From NCBI GenBank assembly GCA_040754655.1, contig JBFMCE010000073.1, positions 1 through 19,876 of the forward strand: a stretch of DNA of 19,876 bases, in the 5' to 3' direction. The stretch comes from Bdellovibrionota bacterium (GTDB taxonomy: Bacteria > Bdellovibrionota > UBA1018 > UBA923). Shown here piece by piece: positions 1 through 8,690 of the stretch. The notes below the pieces were generated by a model. That model made no database searches and was not told the DNA's origin. It worked only from the letters and a program-made list of their open reading frames with translations. The translations under genes and the position numbers were made by a program. How positions within the stretch are numbered: position 1 is the first letter of the stretch; each line of letters begins with the position of its first letter.

Positions 1-214
1 GATCTGGATGTTCTCATGCTTTGTTTCCCATCGAGTATGAATTCTTCGATAGCTTTGTAGCTAAGAAAAAGGTGCTCCACTTTCCGAGATGCCACCTACT
101 AATATACTTTTACCAATGAACTGAAGAAAAATCGATCTGAAGAAATTACTTTCACTAACTAATCCATGATTTTGTACTAAAATAGAACTTGGGCAACTAC
201 ATCAATCTAATAAA

Positions 215-1072
215 ATGATACACCTCTGCCAGATTTTACAAGTCATTTATGGCCTTTCATATGGGATAATTGTCGCTGGAATCTATTTTTGGATACGACA
301 ATCACTGGGGCATACATTTGTCTTTTATTTCGGAGTATCAAGTTCTTTGATTTTCACCGCTCATTTAATGTTTTTCCCGCGGACCGTTCTTAGCAGCCTG
401 AAAAATATTGCGATAGTTACACGAGCTAGCCTTTTTGGAATAGCACAGATCCTTTTATTGATGGCTCAAGTGCAAACGCAAACTAGCTATATGTTTCTAT
501 CTGCCATTTTTGGGAATCTTATTGCCGCTACTATTGGTAGTATCATGTTAAATGAAAGACTCTCACTTACGACCCTGTTAGGTATCTTTATTGCTGCCTG
601 TGGCATGATATTGAATATGTCCCTTCTTAGCTTAACCTATCTTGCGATCTTAGGTGGTATTGTCCAAGGACTAACCATTATTATCTCCGCAAAAATAGCT
701 AGTGATAAGAAGGCCAAAACTGCTGGTTCCGTCGCTATTGGTTTCTTGTTTTCTGCTGTTATTTCTTTTATTTGGATATCTTTAGAAAGCAGCAGTAATG
801 AATCGTTTCAGAGTCTTAATTGGCAAAAAATCTATTTATTGTCATCTATGCTCATTTTAGCGCAGTATGCCTTCTTTTTTTTATACCGAATCCATTCTAT
901 TCAAAGAGGGTCACTACTATCCTTATCCCGAATTCCTGCCTCAATGACCCTTGAAACAAAGCTCGGAAGTACTTTGCTTGAAAGCACGGAAATACTTGCT
1001 GCAACACTCCTTTTTATTGCAAGTAGTCTCGGTTCATTTAAGACCAAACCCCCAAAAAGTTTAATAGATTGA
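215..1072 (+). CDS. Polytopic membrane protein, probable DMT/EamA-family transporter
   Basis: 285 aa, hydrophobic throughout (about 9-10 TM segments). The segment 'IGSIMLNERLSLTTLLGIFIAACGMIL' resembles the end of an EamA repeat (LxE+l...G...G). The start codon is uncertain because there is no clear RBS. Confidence 0.6.
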   Translation: MIHLCQILQVIYGLSYGIIVAGIYFWIRQSLGHTFVFYFGVSSSLIFTAHLMFFPRTVLSSLKNIAIVTRASLFGIAQILLLMAQVQTQTSYMFLSAIFGNLIAATIGSIMLNERLSLTTLLGIFIAACGMILNMSLLSLTYLAILGGIVQGLTIIISAKIASDKKAKTAGSVAIGFLFSAVISFIWISLESSSNESFQSLNWQKIYLLSSMLILAQYAFFFLYRIHSIQRGSLLSLSRIPASMTLETKLGSTLLESTEILAATLLFIASSLGSFKTKPPKSLID

Positions 1073-1102
1073 AATCCATTTAAATAAACTCATAATATTA
1101 AG

Positions 1103-2524
1103 ATGGCCCGTAAGGAGAACCGAAGTTTAGGCGAACATCTCTATATACTATTTGATCCTCTCCAGCTCGTTCCACCGCGGGTTTGGAAGCGTATCCGACA
1201 AGCGGAGCACCCGGTTCTACTTAAGTTTGCAACAACACACTTCTGCCTTTGGCCGACATTATTTATAATTTTCTATTTTACAAACGACCAACATAAACTG
1301 CCCTTAGAGACTTGGCGTAACTATCGATTTGGTCTAGCGATTGTTCTGCTTTTTTTGGGAGGTCTCACCTACTATTTCAGACATAGGTACCAACTTGTAA
1401 AGGCCTCACTATTTCTAGCCGGATTTATCATATCTGTCGCCGTTAATTGGTCAATGACACTAGGATATCCTATTCAAACTAAATGGCCGATATGGTTGCC
1501 TACATTAATTTGGGCTACGACCGGACGGTCACTAGTTGCTCCAGTATTTTGTCTAGGACTTACATCTTTGCTTTACTTTCCCTTATGGGAAAGCAAAGCA
1601 CCTTCTGCATGGATCAAAAGCGATATTGCAGTTGCAGTTGCTGTGATGATTATTGCTCATATGGTAAGACGCATTTGGCTTGAAGCCAAAGCAAATCAAT
1701 TCATTCTCGACGATACACGAGAAGAAGCTGAGCAGAATCGTATAATTTTTGATAAACTTATCAAAAGTTTTGTAGCACCAGTACTTATTCAGAAGATAGA
1801 AAAAATATGTCAAGAAACTGGAAGTATTGCCGAGGCTTTAGATTCTGTTCTCAAGAGAACAAGAACCAAAGCATCAGTTTTATATTCCGATGTAAGGAAT
1901 TTCAGCTCACGCTCTAACAATTTAGATTTCATAGAGAAAGAGCTTATTCCTTCTGCTGTGTCTATCCTTGATCCAGCAGAGGAAAACCTTGGGGTAGCTA
2001 GGCAAGTAGCAGATGCAGTATTAATTTACTATTCGCTTCCAGACCCAGAAGAGAGCATTCTAAGAGCGTTAAAGGATGCCATTCGATGTTCGCTTTATGA
2101 ACACAAGCGAATATCTGCCCTGGGTCGGACTCAGCCAGAACGCTATTTTACAATAACATTTGGAGATGCCTTAGTGGGTAACATTGCATCAGTGAAACAC
2201 CGAGAACCCACAATCATTGGAAATGTAGCAAATTTGGCTACACGTATCGATGGTTTAACGCGTGAGCTAGCTTTTACGTCGCTCTTTCCCAAGGAGCCGG
2301 TGGTGCTCTTGAGTTCTGAGGCATTCCGAATAGTTGAAACATTCAGTCCGACGTGGGAGTCTTTAGTTATATCTCTTGATGTCTTAAATATTACCTTAAA
2401 ATCGTATCCAAATGAACGTAGCGTCATAATTTTGCCAGCAATTCAAAAAAATATTAGTACTCTAAATGCCCTTTTGCGCTTGAATGATATTAGTGAATTG
2501 AAAGTAGGAAATAGTTCATGGTAA
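1103..2524 (+). CDS. Membrane-anchored class III adenylate/guanylate cyclase domain protein
   Basis: About 5-6 N-terminal TM helices and a short helical linker, then cyclase motifs: SVLYSDVRNFS (first metal Asp), RQVADAV (second Asp), GDALVGNI and TIIGNVANLATRID (catalytic N-x3-R). Confidence 0.88.
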   Translation: MARKENRSLGEHLYILFDPLQLVPPRVWKRIRQAEHPVLLKFATTHFCLWPTLFIIFYFTNDQHKLPLETWRNYRFGLAIVLLFLGGLTYYFRHRYQLVKASLFLAGFIISVAVNWSMTLGYPIQTKWPIWLPTLIWATTGRSLVAPVFCLGLTSLLYFPLWESKAPSAWIKSDIAVAVAVMIIAHMVRRIWLEAKANQFILDDTREEAEQNRIIFDKLIKSFVAPVLIQKIEKICQETGSIAEALDSVLKRTRTKASVLYSDVRNFSSRSNNLDFIEKELIPSAVSILDPAEENLGVARQVADAVLIYYSLPDPEESILRALKDAIRCSLYEHKRISALGRTQPERYFTITFGDALVGNIASVKHREPTIIGNVANLATRIDGLTRELAFTSLFPKEPVVLLSSEAFRIVETFSPTWESLVISLDVLNITLKSYPNERSVIILPAIQKNISTLNALLRLNDISELKVGNSSW

Positions 2525-3942
2525 AAAAACTTGACGGTATTCTACGGCAGGAACAGGAGCTTATTCATGGCCCTTTCATGGCTGAACCTGTTCGGGATGG
2601 TGATGCAGTTTCCGGTAGCATTGATACTGGTACTGGATGGAAGCCAGTAAGGATTTGGCGATATTCCCCTTTTGGGGTCGACATTCTAAACCCTGACACC
2701 GTCAATCTTGCTCAAGGCCAGAAGTTATCTATCATGGTTCGGTTAGCTGATTACGAAGAAATATATGATGGTTTAACCGTAAGTAGACTTTTTGAAGACG
2801 GAAATAGAAAACTCGCTGGTGTAAGAACATTTTTACCAAAAAACAGCCCACAAACTGCAGAAGACCGACGCGCTCATAAGCGTTGGACATGTCCAGAAAG
2901 CTACCTACCTACCGGAACTGCACCAAATCCAGTTCGCTACAACGACCACATAATTTTCCGTGTGGAAAATATATCTGCCGGTGGTTTGTTATTACTTACG
3001 AGTCTCAGAAATAAATTGGTGGGACGAGGGCAAAGATTAGTGGCAACACTAACTTTACCACTTGTTGGTATAGTTCGAACGACTCTGCAAATAAAGCATA
3101 TCGATACAAAGGCGATAGGGGACAAAGAGTATTTAGTACTAGGAACACAATTTATTCACCCTGACGAGCTTTTACGTGCCTGCCTTGCAGAATATTTATT
3201 GAATTTTGCTGAAGGAATTACGGTTCGTTCCCTTCGCGACGACAGTTTTCCAGTAAAGAGGTTCGCTCGCTGGTTAGATTTTACATATGTCAAAACCGAA
3301 AGTGAATATAACGAGGTGCTTCATTTACGATACAATGCTTATAAAAATGCAAATAAATTAGCACCTAATAAACAAGTGATAGATATGGCAGATGAGTTTG
3401 ATTCTAGAGCTCGTATTTTAGTAGTCAAACACCAAGGTCGTGTAGTTGGTTCGGTTCGTACCATGTTTCATGCTGAGACCGATCAAACTGACCACGGCAG
3501 ATATATAGCTTACCCTAGTAATTTTCCAAAACTAACTGAAACAATTGAAGCATCTAGGATGTGCACAGATCCTGAGTTTCAGAAAACAGGAATAGTATTC
3601 GAGCTCCTGGCACACATGGTTCTCACTACGATCAAAAGTGGTCGTAGGTATCTTTACTCCGGAGCTTCGGGTAGTCTTCTTGAATTTTACAAAAAATGTG
3701 GGTGGCGCTTAACAGGCTTAACTTATAACAATGACGCGCTTGGTGGCATCCAACATGAATTAATGCTTATGGACACATACGAAGTTGCATTGGGAAAAGG
3801 AATTGGATTTCGATTCTGGAATCGCCTTTATGCTAATTTAATTGACCATATGATCGAACAGGAATTAATTTTACCTACACCATATGAACGACTCAGGTTG
3901 AATCTATTTAAAACTTTGGGTTCGGCTTGGAGAGATGAATAG
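2518..3942 (+). CDS. PilZ-domain + FeeM-type N-acyl amino acid synthase (LuxI/GNAT-like fold) fusion
   Basis: PilZ motifs RRAHKR (RxxxR) and NISAGG (D/NxSxxG), preceded by a degenerate PilZ-like barrel (RYSPFG). The C-terminal motifs LRYNAY, DEFD, VVGSVR, EASRMC and FYKKCGW are typical of FeeM/LuxI-like acyltransferases. Overlaps the cyclase gene by 7 nt. Confidence 0.85.
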   Translation: MVKKLDGILRQEQELIHGPFMAEPVRDGDAVSGSIDTGTGWKPVRIWRYSPFGVDILNPDTVNLAQGQKLSIMVRLADYEEIYDGLTVSRLFEDGNRKLAGVRTFLPKNSPQTAEDRRAHKRWTCPESYLPTGTAPNPVRYNDHIIFRVENISAGGLLLLTSLRNKLVGRGQRLVATLTLPLVGIVRTTLQIKHIDTKAIGDKEYLVLGTQFIHPDELLRACLAEYLLNFAEGITVRSLRDDSFPVKRFARWLDFTYVKTESEYNEVLHLRYNAYKNANKLAPNKQVIDMADEFDSRARILVVKHQGRVVGSVRTMFHAETDQTDHGRYIAYPSNFPKLTETIEASRMCTDPEFQKTGIVFELLAHMVLTTIKSGRRYLYSGASGSLLEFYKKCGWRLTGLTYNNDALGGIQHELMLMDTYEVALGKGIGFRFWNRLYANLIDHMIEQELILPTPYERLRLNLFKTLGSAWRDE

Positions 3943-3962
3943 AAAAGAGCATAGTTTAAAGA

Positions 3963-4670
3963 TCAGCTCTCTATACATAGCGAGTATTTTGGCAAATTCT
4001 TAGCAATAATTGATAGAGGATCTATCATCTCAATAAAGTCTTGTTTTCCTAGGTCCTGAGATCTTAACGTTGAAATCAAGTGCATTTCCGTACAACCTAA
4101 AAGCCAAGTATCAGTTTTATAGTTTTTACACATGGCTTTTAATTCGTCATAAGCTTCAACGGGACTACGGCCACCCTTCAACTCATAAATAATTTCATGG
4201 ATACGGCTCTGATCTTGTTCTGTGGGAAAGGTAACCAACTTTTCTACATCTTTCCAGCATAGTTCGTTATTAAAGATATTCATTTCTCTACTTCCACTGG
4301 TACAGAGTAGTAACGAGGTTTTTCCAAGGTGCTTTAGCGCCTTAAGCCCTACTTCTGGTAAAGAAATGAGGCTACCTCTAAGATCGGAGTCTAGGCGATC
4401 GAACACTGCATGAAGCGTAAAGCAACATACTATAAACTTTGTTGCTCCTAGTTTCTTTAGGTTCTCTAAGCTCGATACAGTTCTTTTGAGTAATTCCTCA
4501 TATTGTCCATTTCTCAACAACTGCGTGCGATCTGGGAAACTTGAGTCGGAAATTAATACAACACTTGGAAAGTCCTGATCGAGCCTGCCTTTGGATTCTT
4601 TATAAATAGTATTTAGAAATCGTGTCGATGATAAGGGTCCTAGTCCCCCTAGTATGCCCAAAATTCCCAT
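3963..4670 (-). CDS. Aspartate/glutamate racemase family protein (RacX/YgeA-like, PLP-independent)
   Basis: N-terminal GILGGLGP, PDRT, and both catalytic Cys motifs (CCFTLH, LGCTEMH). Start moved to the ATG at 4670, which has a GAGGA RBS upstream and matches the family N-terminus. Confidence 0.9.
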   Translation of the reverse strand: MGILGILGGLGPLSSTRFLNTIYKESKGRLDQDFPSVVLISDSSFPDRTQLLRNGQYEELLKRTVSSLENLKKLGATKFIVCCFTLHAVFDRLDSDLRGSLISLPEVGLKALKHLGKTSLLLCTSGSREMNIFNNELCWKDVEKLVTFPTEQDQSRIHEIIYELKGGRSPVEAYDELKAMCKNYKTDTWLLGCTEMHLISTLRSQDLGKQDFIEMIDPLSIIAKNLPKYSLCIES

Positions 4671-4842
4671 ATTATGATCCTCATCTCTTGCATAAAAGAA
4701 TTCTATCACAATGATCGTTTGGTATAGTAAATTAATCAGTACCTAGGACATATGAGGTTACAGTCAAGAACCTCAACTCACGATCAAGTGGTAACTCTCT
4801 CTGCTGGTTGGCACCATCAACGCAAGTCCAACCCACTTCAAA

Positions 4843-5688
4843 TTAATAGACCACAGATATCAAAATACGAACGCACATTCCGCCACTCGGAATGGGCTCA
4901 AACCACAAATCTCCACCATGATCTTGTACAATCCTCCACACCTCGCCTAAGCCTATCCCATGCCCAGAAATCTTCGTTGCTTTGCCAAAATCTTTATCGT
5001 TTAAACGGCGAAGCAGGAGTTCGTCGATACCTTTTCCATTGTCTCTGACCTCTATAGATACTTTATTCCCACTTTGCAGTATTGAAACCTCTATGATTGG
5101 GTCAGGACTTTCGTGAACTGCATTATTGGCATTATTGAGAATATTGTCTAACGCCCTTGAGAATTCGGTAATATTCAAGCGGCAAGCAATTCCTTCGTCG
5201 TCTAAGTTCCTATTTTCGAGAGCAATATTGGGCTTGCCCCCATTCGTTAAAACATAGTTTTTACTGGTGATAATATTTTTAATTACGGAAACTAATGGGA
5301 CGAGCTCGAGTTGTTGAATGCTTGACTGGGGATTAGGCGCTGCTGTCGATTGTACTTGATCAGATCGATATGTTTGTAAGAGCTTTGATGCGATTGCGTC
5401 AATACCGCTATTGCACCAGATAGGAGCTGGCGTTCGTCTTGTTCTAAGTTTTTTGTAAGTTTAGAAAGAGTTTTTAGCATAGCAAGCGGTGAACGAAGAT
5501 CATGGGCAATTCCTTGAGCGACAGCGCCAACACGTAAAGTTGCTTCGATCGTTCGCGCTCAATCCATCTTTAATTTCTAGGTCACCAAAAGCAAACCAAT
5601 GTATCGCCGTAGTTATAAAGATAATTGCACCAGCAATAAGAACAATTGGTCCGAACTTTTTTATGTGATCTAGCCTTGCATTCTTCAA
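4843..5688 (-). pseudogene. Frameshifted single-TM sensor histidine kinase (about 280 aa if repaired)
   Basis: TTG start 1 nt after the upstream kinase stop and a TM segment (IVLIAGAIIFITTAIHWFAFG). The H-box VAQGIAHDLRSPLAML lies in a second frame at ~5475-5525. A further frame switch near 5405 leads into an uninterrupted frame containing the HATPase N/G1/G2 boxes (NILNNA, DNGKGI, GHGIGLG). Indels could be sequencing errors. Confidence 0.8.
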
Positions 5689-5689
5689 A

Positions 5690-7426
5690 CTATTCCGCTC
5701 CTCCGACTGAGCAAGGTTTACCCACAATCGGCACCGCATGTACGAGTGCTTTAGGAATCATTCGAATTCCTAAAGTAACACACTCCTGCTGAACTTGGTC
5801 ATCGTCATAACGATTGGTCACTAAAACTGCCCGGTCCGATAGGTTGTATTTCTTAATGAGATCGAGACCAGTAACGTCATCAAAAGAGAACTCAAGATCA
5901 ACTAAGTGAAGTGTATTTTTCAATGAATACAAACGGTTTGAATGCTCTAAATCAAACTCCTGGGGTGACCGTAACGAAATCAAATTGATGTTTGAGAATT
6001 CTTTAAGTCTTATCCTCCATGCAGCGTGAACCGAAGAATCATCGTCTACTGTTATGATGTGCAAGGGATCATTAGAATCTGTCTCATTAGAAGAAATATT
6101 CAATTCAGATAAAAACCAATCTGGTTTTTCAGCCTGAGGGAGAACGATTTCAACTGTGGTGCCCATGCCTTCAGTAGATTTTATTTTCAGAGTGCCGCCA
6201 CAGTCTTCGATATATTTGCGGGCATGGTAAAGTCCTAGCCCAGTACCGCTGGGTTTTCCGAAGCTTGCGCCTCGATGGCCGATCTTATCGAGCAAGACTT
6301 TGGGAATTCCAATGCCCGTGTCGACTACGGCGAGTTTCACACTCTGTTGCAGGTTGCTTGAAACTTGAATTTCGATCGTACCCTTTTCCTCGGGCAGCGC
6401 TTCAACACCATTATTGATAAGGTTTGAAATCATTCTAAGAAATTCGGTCTTGTTTCCTTGAATGAAAAGTTCATAAGGAGACTTGCCAATTTCGCTGACG
6501 ACGGAAAGTTCTACTGACTTTGAATATTGAGTTCTCTTTTCAGAAAGAATCGATTCAAGGGTGGTAAGCACAGAAAAACTCTGCTTCGTTGCTATTAAAG
6601 GTTTCTGGTCTAAGCGATCTATTTCCGGCAATGCTTTAGCGGGTTTTGCCTGGATCTGATTCTTAGCTTCGGCACTTTTTTTGATTAGGTCGTCTGCAAT
6701 TGTCCGAATGCGATCAATGGCTGTGCGAATCAAGAGTCGTGGTTCTTCTGAGAGCGTCGCGATGTTTTTTGTAACGATTTCTAAGGCAGCAAGTGGTGAG
6801 CGAATGTCATGTGCTACCTGAGCTGCCATCTGGCCGATGGCGGCGTCCCTGCTTTTTATTTCGACTTCAGTCAGAAGTGGAATAACAATTTTGCGCTCGA
6901 TGAGCTGTCCTAACCACTGAATGAAGAGAAAGGTGACCGTCACCGAAATTATGAGTGATAGGAATAAAGACTCTGAGAAGAGACTTCGCCAAGCAGACTG
7001 TATTCTAATCGAGTAAGACAATGAACCTATTTTCTTTTTTCCCAAAAGAAGCTCAGTAGCTCCGGTGCGTTGTGCCTGAAGATCAGATTGCGAACAGGTA
7101 GAAACAGTCTTAGAAGTTTCTGAGGCAGCCACATGCAAGCAAATCGATGAGTGAGGAAACAAATTTTCAATACGATTTTTAATCTGTACGAGTCTGAGCT
7201 GAACGGCATCCCATTGCTCTAGAAAGACTTCATTGGCAAATAGTCCGTATTCGCTTTGGATTTTTGCAGAAAGGTCGGGCTCAATTTGTTTTAAGTGTCG
7301 GTCTGTTCGCGAATACAAACTATAAGAGTAGACTAAAAATAAACTCAATACGAAGACCCCAATAGGAAACCAAATCAAACGTTTAATTCTATTTAAAGAG
7401 TATTCTCTCAAGTTGGTCTTATTCAC
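5690..7426 (-). CDS. Hybrid sensor histidine kinase (2 TM, periplasmic domain, HisKA, HATPase, C-terminal receiver)
   Basis: H-box AHDIRSPL, N-box NLINNGVEA, G1 DTGIGI and G2 GTGLGL. Receiver motifs: VDDD, LVD (phospho-Asp), VT and IPK. GTG start overlaps the ATP-grasp gene by 8 nt. Confidence 0.95.
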   Translation of the reverse strand: MNKTNLREYSLNRIKRLIWFPIGVFVLSLFLVYSYSLYSRTDRHLKQIEPDLSAKIQSEYGLFANEVFLEQWDAVQLRLVQIKNRIENLFPHSSICLHVAASETSKTVSTCSQSDLQAQRTGATELLLGKKKIGSLSYSIRIQSAWRSLFSESLFLSLIISVTVTFLFIQWLGQLIERKIVIPLLTEVEIKSRDAAIGQMAAQVAHDIRSPLAALEIVTKNIATLSEEPRLLIRTAIDRIRTIADDLIKKSAEAKNQIQAKPAKALPEIDRLDQKPLIATKQSFSVLTTLESILSEKRTQYSKSVELSVVSEIGKSPYELFIQGNKTEFLRMISNLINNGVEALPEEKGTIEIQVSSNLQQSVKLAVVDTGIGIPKVLLDKIGHRGASFGKPSGTGLGLYHARKYIEDCGGTLKIKSTEGMGTTVEIVLPQAEKPDWFLSELNISSNETDSNDPLHIITVDDDSSVHAAWRIRLKEFSNINLISLRSPQEFDLEHSNRLYSLKNTLHLVDLEFSFDDVTGLDLIKKYNLSDRAVLVTNRYDDDQVQQECVTLGIRMIPKALVHAVPIVGKPCSVGGAE

Positions 7427-8690
7427 TTTGAAAGCCCTCTGGTTTGCAGAGTTCTACGCCCAACAACTCTTCGAGTTTTAAGATGACCTTGTCTCGCGTA
7501 TGGAAAAGCTCTTCGACATTTTCTGAAAAGAGCAGGATTCGGCCGATGTATCCATGGTTAGATGCAACTGCTTTGACTTGAGATCCAGGTTCCACAAATA
7601 AAGTGAAATCTAAAGAACAATCTTTGAATTCTTTATCCAACTCAAAAGAAAGGTCTTTTTTCAATGTAGAGTCACCTGCAGCCCCTAAGAAAAACGACAT
7701 TCCAAATATAGCGTGTTTAGCGAGACGAGGCATATTACGTTCGCAATAAATGTCGAAAACAAGGTCATACACATTTGTCTCGTGAGTTTTAGAGTAAAGA
7801 GTTGGTAGGCTTCCTCCCATGAGCCTAGGATTGATCTCAATCAATCTGAAACCATTTTGCGTAAGAATGACTTCGATATGATAGATCCCAAGATCAATTT
7901 GCAGTGTCTTAAGCAAATCTAGAACAAAGAATTCACAGTCATCGCGTATGTTTTTTTCAAGCAAAAACGGCATCAACGTACCAAGCTCGATGACTTCTGA
8001 GTTTTGAGCTCGAAACCTGCGACCGACGGCTAGTATCGCTACCGCGTTTTTCAACTGAGCAACTTCAATCGAGAACATAGGCCCTTGATGATACTCTTCA
8101 ACCACGAAATCAGAAGACACGACCCCGCACAACTCACTCGCAATATTGGTTTTCTGGATCTTGCTTAGATATGCATTGAGATCTTCTTCTGATCTGAGGA
8201 TAGCGGCATTCAAGCTAGCTGCACCTCGATTGGGTTTTACAACGCAAGGAAAGCCGAATTTTAAGACCGTATTCTTTAGAGACGAAACATCTTGAGCCCT
8301 GGCATTGCGGATTCTGTTTTTTGCCTTGAAAAGCTCTTTAGACTGAAATTTGTTTCTTGCCATTGATACTGCACTGGCTCGGGTGAATGGAATATTCAAG
8401 ATCTCAGCAGTTTGGCTTGCGAATTCAACACTATACTCGCTTAAAGCAATAATTGCATTGATCTGTTTCTTTGAATGGATATCAATAACTGCTCTCTCGA
8501 ACTCTGAGTATTGAGCTATGTCGGCGACCACAATATTGTCTGAATACTTTGCTAACTCGGGATCAAGCTTTGAGTTTTGGAATAGTGTATCTGGAAGCCC
8601 TCGTAGGATCGAAACTTCATAGTTTCGTGCTCTAGCATCTTTCAATAGCTGAAGTGGAGTACTGAAACTCTCTATAACAAGCACGTGCAT
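7419..8690 (-). CDS. ATP-grasp ligase, L-amino acid ligase-like (peptide-bond forming)
   Basis: ARNK, FPCVVKPNRGAAS, FVVEEYHQGPMFSIE and YHIEVILTQNGFRLIEINPRLMGG (E-x-N-x-R). The 423-aa length with a C-terminal extension is as in BacD/RizA-like ligases. Confidence 0.9.
   Translation of the reverse strand: MHVLVIESFSTPLQLLKDARARNYEVSILRGLPDTLFQNSKLDPELAKYSDNIVVADIAQYSEFERAVIDIHSKKQINAIIALSEYSVEFASQTAEILNIPFTRASAVSMARNKFQSKELFKAKNRIRNARAQDVSSLKNTVLKFGFPCVVKPNRGAASLNAAILRSEEDLNAYLSKIQKTNIASELCGVVSSDFVVEEYHQGPMFSIEVAQLKNAVAILAVGRRFRAQNSEVIELGTLMPFLLEKNIRDDCEFFVLDLLKTLQIDLGIYHIEVILTQNGFRLIEINPRLMGGSLPTLYSKTHETNVYDLVFDIYCERNMPRLAKHAIFGMSFFLGAAGDSTLKKDLSFELDKEFKDCSLDFTLFVEPGSQVKAVASNHGYIGRILLFSENVEELFHTRDKVILKLEELLGVELCKPEGFQSE

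Noticed and set aside
3..119. Open frame from the window edge (SGCSHALFPIEYEFFDSFVAKKKVLHFPRCHLLIYFYQ*), possibly the end of an upstream gene
   Set aside because: Too short and has no recognisable motif, so it cannot be supported.
1103..2524. Pycsar/CBASS-type antiphage system
   Set aside because: There is no cNMP-binding TM or TIR effector next to the cyclase, and the cyclase carries a membrane sensor-like region.
2518..3942. Classical LuxI AHL synthase
   Set aside because: No LuxR is nearby, and the motifs and PilZ fusion fit the FeeM-like N-acyl amino acid synthases better.
4745..4835. Short inverted repeats (TGAGGTT-N9-AACCTCA and others) upstream of the racemase that could fold into a three-way junction
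   Set aside because: The stems are short and rely on G-U pairs, match no riboswitch I recognise, and are compatible with chance.
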